Positions 15,364 through 24,993 of a DNA stretch of 64,000 nucleotides are shown here, piece by piece (position 1 is the stretch's first letter; each line of letters begins with the position of its first letter). Position numbers and translations under genes: made by a program. Under the pieces are notes generated by a model. That model worked only from the letters and a program-made list of their open reading frames with translations, searched no databases and was not told where the DNA came from. This stretch comes from Oikopleura dioica (taxonomy: Eukaryota; Animalia; Chordata), in assembly GCA_907165135.1 (NCBI GenBank), contig OU015566.1:12028001-12092000 (forward strand), written 5' to 3'.

Positions 15364-18300
15364 ATGTCAGACAGTGATTCCAGCATCGAAACAAAACCGC
15401 GAAAGCCTACTTCTTTGAGGCCACAGAACGAAAACGAGCAAGAAGCAGAAGACGAGATTGATGTTGCGGGACTTGTGACGAAGCTCTTATCGGACAGAAA
15501 GAATGCAAATGTTTTGTGTGATCTTCTCAGGAATAGTTCGAAATGCTGACAAAACTGCTGTCATTATCAAATAATTGATCTCTCAAAAGGTTTATCCAAA
15601 CAGATGATCTCGACGAAGAAGAGCTATTCTTTACTGTGGGCGCCATCGAAAAGTGGTTCCTTCAGCAGATAGATGACGGTTTTATGAAAAGCTCGCAAGT
15701 TGAGTCGAAGAAAAAGTATGGAGAATGGATTGCCAAGCAAATCAAAGCATTCATTGGAGTTCTATGCCAAAAAGCATCTATTGAAGACTACTCAGGTATT
15801 GGGATCTTAGATTCGTTAGACTCCCTCGTCCCCTAAGGTCACTTGCTTATCTAGATCGAGCTTTGCTCGGTCGCCGCCGTGTATTTCTCTCCATTCGGTA
15901 ATTCACGCAGTTCGTGAATTAACCTCTATTTTACTCCAGCTCGAAATACAGACGTCAAAGATACTTTACTCGTTTTCTTCACTCGTCCAGATATAGAGAG
16001 CAGGCAAACTACGCTAGAAGTGGGAGATTCAGCAGAAGCTAGGATCCCTTCAGTGGTATCAGAGTAGTCCCGTTGGAGAAAAGATAAATTTTTCCGCCAT
16101 CGACAACCGAAGTTTCGCAACTTGGACGCTGATTGGCCGTCAGCGGAGTCGAGGGGAACCGAATCACCAACCGCCACCGCGCCGCCGGAGAAACTCCACT
16201 CAGAGAATTTTCCGCACCACACCAACACCACCCCGAGCGAGCGCCACCGCACGAGCGCCACCACGACCCACGCGCCGAAAGTCGCGCCCACGCAACCACG
16301 CACGCACGCCGGGGAAAACCTAAAATACTGAGAAAAACATAATTCTTTCGCCACTTTTCACCAAAAATCGAGAGAAGTTTACGAAGAATCGACCCTTGGA
16401 CCAGACCTTGAAATTTCGACAATCGCTGGACAGAGAAATCGTCGGGCGTTTGCGCAAAAGGCACCTCAGCTCATCATATTGCGACTTTTAGTCGCAGTAT
16501 TTTCTGAGGGCCTGAAAGGTAATCCAAGGCCCATAAACCCTTACTGCCGATATATTTCGAGCTATGGCGGCGAACAAATCACTGCTAGAAACCGTCACCG
16601 AAATAAGAAGCATAAACGATCGAGTAAACTACCTCGAAGAACAAGTGCGAAATGACGAATCACTAAAGCCAAGCCTAGAGCCCTTGATCACAGAAAGCAG
16701 AGTAAAATTAGAACAGCTCAGTACAACGCTTCTTACCTGCGAGCTCGATCAAGGAAAAGACTCTACGAATGCGACAATGAGAGAAGAAGCATGGGTGGCC
16801 ACTACCTGGTCTCGTCACGTCCAAGACTTGCCGAAGCTGGACGCCGCATGCAACACATCTTTCAACACCTTCTTGGGCAGAGCCGACATTTATCACCGCG
16901 CCTACGTCCGCGACAGACCTTCACGTGAACAGCCTTTCATCGCAGCAGTGTACAGCCACTTCGACTTGAACATCGAACGCTCACTTGGAACCGAATTTCT
17001 GAATTGTCAAGACTGGAAATCGGCCAAGGCGCTGCTAGAGAAATCATTCGCCGCGAAGAGTCACTACTTACTGAAGCTAAGCGAAGTTTTCGACGTCGAA
17101 TACGACCATTCGAAGCCGTTTGCACACTACACCGCCAACGTCTTGCAAAAGATGAACGAGGCGAAGCAAGCGACTTTGAACTCTTACCGACAAGAGAAGT
17201 CAGCCGACGCCGGGGTCGATGAAATATTTGACATATTCTCGACGATGATGCTGTACTTGAATCTTAGGAAAGAAGAACCAGACGTTTTCAACGCAATCCT
17301 TCCAAGCCTATCAAAAGTTTACGATATCAACGAACTCTGCCGTCTCGCCCAATCCACAAGACAGAATCGAGTTGACAGCGCGACCGTCTCCCAGCACTTC
17401 AACAGAAATAAGAACAAAAGAAGAAGAATGCTAAGCGCGCCAGCAACGATTCTAAGGATGGGAAAGACGATAAACAACCAGAATCCAAGAAGATAAATAC
17501 GACTAAGAACGTTGAAGATTTCCAACCATTCGACGTTCACTTTTACACAGTGAAGAAGAAGCGACCAGGAAAGGCTTATTTCGCTTCGGCTACCATCATT
17601 ACGGGCTCTAAAAGTTTTGACGTATCGATGGAAGTCGACAGCGGAGCCGAGTCCTCCTGTCTGTCCGCTGCTTACGTTCCCGACGAATTTCTCCAGATGC
17701 TGAAGCCCTGTCCCTTCAAGGTCACCGGTTTCAGCCCAAATATTCCCGCCGAGCAGCCGATGGGTATCCTTCCCTGCCGCTTATCATTCAATGGTGGCCC
17801 TGCATTCTCCCTGAATCTCACCATTATGCCAGGCAGTAAATACCCAAGTCTACTGGGCCGCGATATACTAGAGAATGCGATGACGGACAGCTTCACAGTC
17901 GACAATAAGAATCGTACTCTCTCATTTTGCTACAACGAAGCCTTCACACAAACTGAGACTCAAGTGGTGAAGCTGGACGGAGTGAAGCGGACCAAAATCA
18001 AGAAATACTTGACTACTAGATCAGCGGTCAAGGATAGCGATCGATCCCGCACTCAACCGCCACCAAAAGTCCCAAAGCTGGACGCACCTAACAAGAACGC
18101 AGCCAGGTGCCCCATTCAGCTAGCGAAGCAAAAACTCGGAATTACCCTACCAGCAAACGCCGACCCGGGGCAAAAGAAGGTGGTCGCCGAGCTGTGTTTG
18201 GATTTCGACGACAGATTCGGCTGCGACGGTCAAAAAATGGGTGAATTCCCATTCGAGATCGAAATCCCGACTGATGGTACGAGTCGAAACATCAGTCAAC

Positions 18301-21300
18301 ACCCTATTCCGCAAGCTTTTCATGGCCAGGTCACTGATCACATCTCCGAACTGCTCGATACGAAAATAATAGAAGAGATCAAGGACCAGAAAGGGTTTAA
18401 TAGCCCCGTTCTGCCAATCCCTAAGAAATCTGGGGAAATGCGCTTCTGCATCAACTACAAGAACAGCTTGAACAAATGCCTCTCCGACAAATCCGACCCA
18501 TATCATCTTCCGAGCATGGAGGATACGATCGCGAACATTGGACCGGGCAACAAGTATTTCGCCACAGTTGATTTGCGGAGCGGATATTGGCAGTGCCCTA
18601 TTAAGAAAAGCGATAGGTATAAGACTTCCTTCCAGTGGGGTGGGAAATCTTACGCCTTCTGCAGATTACCTTTCGGTTATCGATGCTCGGGGAATATATT
18701 CTCGCGCGTCGTAAACACGATTCTCGACTCAAGCCCCACCAGGAAGAAGATGCTTTCTTATATCGATGACATAGTATGTTTTGGGAAGTCTTTCAGCTGC
18801 TATTACAACACTCTCCGAAACCTATTCATCGCGCTCCGCAAGTTTAACGCTAAACTCAAGGGCGAAAAGTGCTCTTTCCTACAATCAGAAGCTCACTTTT
18901 TGGGCCGAATCATCAACGAAGAAGGAATCAAACCGGACCCTGCGCAAGTCTCCGCCCTTCGTCAGATGAAACCCCCACGCTCCCAAAAGGAGTTAGCTTC
19001 ATTAATCGGGTCATTGAATTGGATCCGAGGTTTTCTAGAAACAAAAATGGGCGAAGCTATTTCATCCGGTTGCTTCTCGAGCAGAATGAAACCCATAAAC
19101 GATGTTCGAAATTCGGCGAACGAAACAAATTGTTTCAAGTGGACCAAAGAAGCGGATTTGGCGCTCAAGGAAATTCAACGACGACTCTCCGAGACTCCTG
19201 TCATAAGCTTTCCTAACTTTGACGAGTCTTTTCACCTCTACACAGACGCGAGCCTGTACGCAGCGGGTGGTGTTCTGCTACAAGAGTATGGCGGGAGAGT
19301 GCACCTAGTAAGCGCGATTTCCCACACCTTCAACAAAGCTGAAAGAAAATGGAACACTTCAGAAAAGGAAATGTTTAGCATTGTCTGGTGCTGCGAGCGA
19401 CTGGAAAAGCTCCTGAAAGGTAGATTCTTTCAGATTCACACAGACCACAGATCTTTGATCTTCCTACACAAAAAGAAGTTCAAGAATTCTAAAATAAGCC
19501 GATGGCAAAGCCGATTGGAAGAATTCGATTTTCACATTGTCTACATCAAGGGATCAGAAAATCAATTCGCCGATTTTATGAGCCGCAGACCTGGCGAGGA
19601 CGACAAATCACTTGGATACGACTCTGAGTTTCCCGTTGGTCGCGAGTACGAAATCGACAAGAATTCACCAGTACGTGTCTTCGTCCCTTTCTGGAACGAA
19701 AATCAGTTTCCGGAGAAAATCACTTTATCAGAGGTGAAGATACATAAGGTAAACGTCAAGGCTATCGCGGCGCCAATGGAGATTCCGTTGGTGTCAGCGA
19801 ATTATAATAACATTCTGGACTATCAAAGGGAGGACTCTGCTCTGAGTGCAATCATCACTTTTCTGGAATCTGGTAAGGAGCCACTGGACATAAAATCGCT
19901 GGTGAAGGACTCCGACCACCGACAATCGTCTCTACTCAAGATGGAAAAAGCTCTGTTCCTGGATAACACTACCGGGTGCTTGATGTGTCAATTCAAATCT
20001 GGCGCGCGGGCGGTGGTACCGGAAGCGGTAAAAAGTCACTTTCTCTTTCTAGCTCACGACTTGTCCGGTCATCTGGGCGAGCCGCGGACTTTAGAGCGAT
20101 TAGAGGACGTTTGGTGGCCTTCATTTCAAGACGATGTTTCTAACTACGTCCACAGCTGCGTCCCTTGCCTACGCAGAAAAGGATCTGCTGGAACTCGTAC
20201 CAAACCGCCACTTGGAACCCTTCGTCGTGGAAAAACAGCTGGCGAATCGATTCAGATCGATTTCGCTTGTATGCCTCCCGCTGGCGGATTCAAGTATTAT
20301 TTGGTGGTGGCGGACACTTTCTCTCGCTACACTTGGTGCATTCCGACGCGGTCCGACACTGCTATCTGCGCTGCAAAAGCGCTCATCTACAAGGTCTTCC
20401 TTCCCATGGATTTCTTGCCGAAACATCTACACAGTGACAGAGGTACCCACTTCTGCGCAAGCGTGATTGACGAAATGTGTAAGCTTAACCAGATAAAACA
20501 TACAATAAGTACCGCATTTCACCCTCAATCAAACGCTTTCGCAGAAAGAGCGAATCGGACTATCAAAAACAGTCTATTCTGCATGGTCAACTCATCTTCC
20601 GGTCGAAAAACTTGGGCCGACTGCGTTCCCCACGTGATGCGCGCGCTCAATAGTGTGAAAAACAAAAGCACGAAAATTTCACCGCGAGAAGTTTGGTTTG
20701 GCCGAAAAAGTACTTTCACCCACTCTACTGGCGCAGAAATGACAGCGGAAACACCTCAGGTGTTTGGTCTCAATGTTGGAGCTTTAGCGAAATCGGCGGA
20801 AGCCATTGTGAAAACTGCGATGGAAGCTGCTGACCGAGCCATGGAGCACAGGCTGAAAAACGAGCCTAAGCCGAGACCAATCCCCGCTGGCGCTGTCGTG
20901 TACATTAAGCGAGAAAACCTGACCGACGCTAAAAGCAAGAAGGAACGCTGGGTAGGTCCCCTGAAAGCCGTTTCGAGCAACGACTGGGTCGTCATGGTCG
21001 AAGATAAAAAAGGACAACGTGATTTCATCCATCGAGAACACGTGGTTCACGCCGCAGAACGAAATCACGACTTACGCTGGATTGATTACTACGAGGCCGA
21101 GTACGTATTCCCACATTTAACCGAAATCGTTAAGTCGAAAGTCCCACAAAAATCGCCTGTTCCTACTTCCAAACCGATGGAAAAGTCCGGGTCGAAGTCG
21201 CATGGGGGGAGGAAATCTTCTCAGGTCGCGTCGACTCCGATGGTTGCTATGGAAAAACCGCCAAGATCATCTCTATCACCTATTTTGGAAAGTAGACGCC

Positions 21301-23663
21301 GATTGGACATGGAAAATCTGGGAGATACAACCGCTACATCTATTTTGGACTCGTCGGTAGCTCCAGCCGAGCCGTCAGATCGCTGGTACTCTGGTGGTAC
21401 TCTTTATGAAACTGCCGAGGACATGTCAGCTGATGCTACAGTGATTTCGGAGGTTGCTGCGCCCGACAATAGCCATATGTCAGTCGATAAACAAAATTCA
21501 ACAGTAGTTGAGGGCTCAGCAACTGAAAACAGCAAGAAAAGAACCCGTCCAAAGTCTTCACCAGATCGTCAATACTCAGCCGGCGCCGATCCGAATGCGA
21601 CTTTAACCGAAGTTGGAGCAGCTCATCTCCCGAAACATACAAAACGAGCACACCGTGAAACGAGGCCCGTCGAACCTCTAAACATCGGCACAAACTCGGG
21701 TCAGTCATACGACTAAGCGCAAGTACTGCCCCACTCAGGTCCCCTATTCATCGACCGGGGCCTGAAAAGGTACGGAAATTATCACAGTTTACCGTCGCCG
21801 ACGTATTTTGAGTTCTTCTACATGTGCAGCTACTCCTTCATGTCATCACCGCTCGGACATCACGAAAACTTCGCATCTGATTCAAGCTTTTTCCCAAAAA
21901 AGGGTTTTTTAACGCGAATCAGACTGCCTCGACGTTTCGAACCTGCCATGTTACTCATCTTACGCTTATACTCCTGCAAAAATCACACACTTTGGCCTTA
22001 GAGGACGTTTCAGTCTCATGGGGGGTATTGGGATCTTAGATTCGTTAGACTCCCTCGTCCCCTAAGGTCACTTGCTTATCTAGATCGAGCTTTGCTCGGT
22101 CGCCGCCGTGTATTTCTCTCCATTCGGTAATTCACGCAGTTCGTGAATTAACCTCTATTTTACTCCAGCTCGAAATACAGACGTCAAAGATACTTTACTC
22201 GTTTTCTTCACTCGTCCAGATATAGAGAGCAGGCAAACTACGCTAGAAGTGGGAGATTCAGCAGAAGCTAGGATCCCTTCACAGGAAAGAGTTAAACATG
22301 ATCACTTTTGAATATACTATTAGAAACTTATTTGTAGAATTTATACAGTATAACTCAGGCGAAAGACATTATGTTCCCTTGTTTAATACGACTGTATAAA
22401 TTGGAGCTGGAAACAAGAACAAAACATATTGAAACAGGAAAAATCATCCGAAAAGTAGCGGTCCATCTGTGCAGCTTTGAAGACGACAGAACCGAAGAGA
22501 TCGAGAAGTTCTCCGAGTACTTTATCCACCCCGATTTTGTCATAGAAGTACTGAGAAAAATGACGGACCTTATGGACAATTACAAAGATAGAAACGATAT
22601 CTTGGCGGGTAATGTGTTGTATTTCCTCCAAGCCATTGCGGACGTGTTTCCAGAAGAAGTCACGCCAGATATGAATATGTCTTCTCGCTCCTCCATCAGT
22701 ACTAAAGTAACTTGTCTTTCAATGCCAAAATTTAACTGATATTCAGTCTCTCAAAACAGCCGTCCAAGCTTTTGTCACTGCCTTTCTTCGACGGCAACTC
22801 ACAGACAATCTGACCAAAAGAATACTTGTCAAAATGAGCGTAATTCTTCCGATGCTCTCGAATCCCCTCTTGATCGCAGACTACATTGTTGCTTGCTACG
22901 ACTCTCCGAACTCGTCGATTGCATTTTTGGCTTTGAGTGGCATCTTTACTCTTGTTAGCAGTAATTTTTAATTTGGGTGATTAGTTATTCACAATTTTCT
23001 AGCGTACAATTTTGAGTATCCAGACTTTTTCCAGAAGGTTTATCGACTTTTATCCGATGATGTTGTCTATGCTGCAAATAGAGTCCAAGTTCTGCATATG
23101 ATAAATATGTTCTTGCAGTCTCCAAAGCTTCCCGTCTCCTATCAGGTCAGCACAATCCGAGTTTCAATATTTTCTAAGGAATCATTAGTATGCCTTCTGT
23201 AAAAGACTCTCGCGACTAGCACTACACGCTCCAGCCCCAGTCGCGATTGGCATCATGCCGGTTATTTACAACCTCATTCGCAGCAGTCAGTCCTTGCGAT
23301 TGCTCATTAATAGACCAACTGCAGCTGAAGTAGAAAAAGATCCTTATGATCACACAGCTGAAAATGTTGAAGATTCAAGAGCGGCAGAAAGCTGTTTGTG
23401 GGAGCTTGAATCGCTGAGAAAGCATTTTGTTCCAGAAGTGAAAAGATTGGCCTCTCGTAAGATAACTCTGTTTCATTATTTCCAAGCAGCATTTTATAGA
23501 AATAACTACCTCACTTGGCCGGGTTAATGACCCAATTCCGACAGACGTAACGTATATGACGATGACGCAAAAGGTACTTGATGGACAGAAGAACGAAGAA
23601 TATCCACTTGCGATTGATAAACCGAAATGTTTGATGGTTGATGAACTGTTTGTTGAAGGCTAA
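15364..23663 (+). CDS. NOC4L: Nucleolar complex protein 4 homolog, interrupted by an LTR retrotransposon
   Basis: KLLSDRKNANVLCDLL, KKKYGEWI, QAKDIMFPCLIRLYKLE, ALSGIFTL, NFEYPDFFQKVY, SPKLPVSY, KRLSRLAL, ESCLWELESLRKHF match NOC4/CBF family motifs; exons lie on both sides of 15797-22281. Confidence 0.9.
15797..16052 (+). repeat. 5' LTR (TA...CA)
   Basis: Direct repeat of 22026-22281; imperfect terminal inverted repeat TATTGGGATC / GATCCCTTCA; internal hairpin AATTCACG-CAGTT-CGTGAATT. Confidence 0.97.
16054..16064 (+). promoter_or_regulatory. Primer-binding site, tRNA-iMet-like (TGGTATCAGAG)
   Basis: Starts 1 nt after the 5' LTR; TGG complementary to the tRNA CCA end. Confidence 0.85.
16564..17496 (+). 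CDS. gag: Retrotransposon Gag-like ORF (310 aa, no CCHC knuckle)
   Basis: First ATG after a leader with no ATG; N-terminal coiled coil; position between PBS and pol. Confidence 0.85.
   Translation: MAANKSLLETVTEIRSINDRVNYLEEQVRNDESLKPSLEPLITESRVKLEQLSTTLLTCELDQGKDSTNATMREEAWVATTWSRHVQDLPKLDAACNTSFNTFLGRADIYHRAYVRDRPSREQPFIAAVYSHFDLNIERSLGTEFLNCQDWKSAKALLEKSFAAKSHYLLKLSEVFDVEYDHSKPFAHYTANVLQKMNEAKQATLNSYRQEKSADAGVDEIFDIFSTMMLYLNLRKEEPDVFNAILPSLSKVYDINELCRLAQSTRQNRVDSATVSQHFNRNKNKRRRMLSAPATILRMGKTINNQNPRR
17412..21716 (+). CDS. pol: Retrotransposon Pol polyprotein (protease, RT, RNase H, integrase, long disordered tail)
   Basis: VDSGA protease; DLRSGYWQ, LPFG and YIDD RT; YTDAS, EKE and TDH RNase H; H-H-C-C zinc finger; IDF, SDRG and AERAN DDE integrase; uninterrupted frame. 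Confidence 0.97.
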   Translation, partial: EQKKKNAKRASNDSKDGKDDKQPESKKINTTKNVEDFQPFDVHFYTVKKKRPGKAYFASATIITGSKSFDVSMEVDSGAESSCLSAAYVPDEFLQMLKPCPFKVTGFSPNIPAEQPMGILPCRLSFNGGPAFSLNLTIMPGSKYPSLLGRDILENAMTDSFTVDNKNRTLSFCYNEAFTQTETQVVKLDGVKRTKIKKYLTTRSAVKDSDRSRTQPPPKVPKLDAPNKNAARCPIQLAKQKLGITLPANADPGQKKVVAELCLDFDDRFGCDGQKMGEFPFEIEIPTDGTSRNISQHPIPQAFHGQVTDHISELLDTKIIEEIKDQKGFNSPVLPIPKKSGEMRFCINYKNSLNKCLSDKSDPYHLPSMEDTIANIGPGNKYFATVDLRSGYWQCPIKKSDRYKTSFQWGGKSYAFCRLPFGYRCSGNIFSRVVNTILDSSPTRKKMLSYIDDIVCFGKSFSCYYNTLRNLFIALRKFNAKLKGEKCSFLQSEAHFLGRIINEEGIKPDPAQVSALRQMKPPRSQKELASLIGSLNWIRGFLETKMGEAISSGCFSSRMKPINDVRNSANETNCFKWTKEADLALKEIQRRLSETPVISFPNFDESFHLYTDASLYAAGGVLLQEYGGRVHLVSAISHTFNKAERKWNTSEKEMFSIVWCCERLEKLLKGRFFQIHTDHRSLIFLHKKKFKNSKISRWQSRLEEFDFHIVYIKGSENQFADFMSRRPGEDDKSLGYDSEFPVGREYEIDKNSPVRVFVPFWNENQFPEKITLSEVKIHKVNVKAIAAPMEIPLVSANYNNILDYQREDSALSAIITFLESGKEPLDIKSLVKDSDHRQSSLLKMEKALFLDNTTGCLMCQFKSGARAVVPEAVKSHFLFLAHDLSGHLGEPRTLERLEDVWWPSFQDDVSNYVHSCVPCLRRKGSAGTRTKPPLGTLRRGKTAGESIQIDFACMPPAGGFKYYLVVADTFSRYTWCIPTRSDTAICAAKALIYKVFLPMDFLPKHLHSDRGTHFCASVIDEMCKLNQIKHTISTAFHPQSNAFAERANRTIKNSLFCMVNSSSGRKTWADCVPHVMRALNSVKNKSTKISPREVWFGRKSTFTHSTGAEMTAETPQVFGLNVGALAKSAEAIVKTAMEAADRAMEHRLKNEPKPRPIPAGAVVYIKRENLTDAKSKKERWVGPLKAVSSNDWVVMVEDKKGQRDFIHREHVVHAAERNHDLRWIDYYEAEYVFPHLTEIVKSKVPQKSPVPTSKPMEKSGSKSHGGRKSSQVASTPMVAMEKPPRSSLSPILESRRRLDMENLGDTTATSILDSSVAPAEPSDRWYSGGTLYETAEDMSADATVISEVAAPDNSHMSVDKQNSTVVEGSATENSKKRTRPKSSPDRQYSAGADPNATLTEVGAAHLPKHTKRAHRETRPVEPLNIGTNSGQSYD
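17460..17466 (+). promoter_or_regulatory. -1 ribosomal frameshift slippery heptamer G GGA AAG
   Basis: X XXY YYZ pattern phased to gag codons (GGA 17461, AAG 17464) inside the gag/pol overlap; pol frame (-1) is open from 17412. Confidence 0.65.
22020..22025 (+). promoter_or_regulatory. Short polypurine tract (G6)
   Basis: GGGGGG directly abutting the 3' LTR. Confidence 0.6.
22026..22281 (+). repeat. 3' LTR
   Basis: Identical by eye to 15797-16052; followed by TSD CAGG. Confidence 0.97.
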
Positions 23664-23718
23664 ATAGAATGTCCTCCGAACTTTTTCATCTGAAACATTA
23701 AATGTGTTATCATTCAGA

Positions 23719-24773
23719 ATGAAATTGTTAGTTGTTCTGTTATTCGCTTTTGTTACAGGGACGCTTTCACCTCCGAAGAAAAAGTCGGTCGCCGATGACG
23801 ACGACTTCGATGATTTTGCGGATGAAAAAGAACCTTGGGTAGCGCACTCGATTGAAGCAATCGAACCAGTAGCAAAAACTGTTTATGAGCGAAATCTTGT
23901 TAGAGAATCGATGACATACGGTGAAGTATTGGAAAACTACAAGGCGTATTCGACGAAAGATATGAAAAAGAAGAACTTTGAAGGGCACACGCTCGCGTAT
24001 GTAACGCCTTGGAACAATCATGGATATGATGTCGTCAAAATGTTCAACAAGTTCTCACTCGTCCTTTGGTCGACGATGCTGTTCATCTAATGACACATAT
24101 TGGCGAAAAATTTCACAAACATCACAAACTAACGATTCTCGTCATCCCGCCAAATCATGAAAATCCACTTCGAACAGCACAATTTACTCAGACTGAATTT
24201 GACATACTCAAGGATGATATCGATTTCTTTTCTCTGATGACTTATGATTACAACGGAAGATTGGGCGGATTCAATGCACCACTTCCGTGGGCGGAATCTT
24301 GTGTGGAGTTTTTGGGCGATTCAGAGAGACAGAAAATTCTCATGGGCTTGAATTTCTATGGCAGATACTTCCCTGATTTACAGAATCCTCGCCGTGAGTC
24401 AATTTCCTCTAGAGTCTAGACTCTGTAGTGATGAAGTCTCTTTAGCCCAATTTTAGAGGCTGCAGCTATTCTTGGACATGAATACATAAAGATCCTCGGC
24501 GAAAAAGTCGTAGGTAGTGGAGGAGTATCCGAAGATGAATCTATCACAATGAACTCGGAAGCGAAGGTTTTTGGAATAAGATTTATTCCGTCTAATCTTC
24601 TTTAGGAACACTTCTCCTTCTTTTCTGACCCCGACTCGGGAACGCAATCTCTTCTCATCTACCCATCATTGTACTCAATTCATCTGAAAATCGAGCTCGC
24701 CAAAAAGCTCGGAGTCGGTCTTTCAATTTGGGAAGTCGGCCAAGGACTTGACTACTTCTACGACTTGTTCTAG
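23719..24773 (+). pseudogene. CHID1: Chitinase domain-containing protein 1 with a frameshifting internal deletion (null allele, pseudogene or assembly error)
   Basis: Signal peptide, [54 protein letters not shown]; frame jumps at ~24062 where the segment from SPVW to FDGFVVEVW is absent. Confidence 0.75.
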
Positions 24774-24993
24774 ACAAATTTACTCTACTACACTAGGTGG
24801 TGTTAGCTGTAGTATTTCTCTTCCCGTGCAATTTCATATGCCCTCGACATTCTTAGTTCAATTTTTAACCATTTCTTCAATCACGCCTTTCGAAGGATAT
24901 TTTCTACTGTAGATTCTCAACCCGGCCAAGTATGCTAGAATGCTGCGTGCCACTTTAAATCCTTTGCGTCGCGTAACGATTATTTCTTGCAGA

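Larger units (their letters stand above)
15797..22281 (+). mobile_element. Full-length Ty3/Gypsy LTR retrotransposon (Tor-like if host is Oikopleura), no env, very recent
   Basis: Two 256-bp LTRs identical by eye, 4-bp TSD CAGG (15793-15796 / 22282-22285), PBS, gag, pol in order PR-RT-RH-IN, G6 tract before the 3' LTR. Confidence 0.97.

Noticed and set aside
15926-16464. ORFs on both strands over the LTR and leader
   Set aside because: Non-ATG starts or antisense frames in a C-rich leader; the ATG-free plus strand fits a 5' UTR for gag.
16519-17550. Pol expression by splicing to the acceptor-like TTTTACACAG at 17550
   Set aside because: A leader-to-17550 splice would start Pol at MEVDSG and truncate the protease; the in-phase GGGAAAG slippery site is the simpler explanation.
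21717-22025. env gene in the LTR element
   Set aside because: Only ~300 nt are available, with no signal peptide, furin site or TM anchor.
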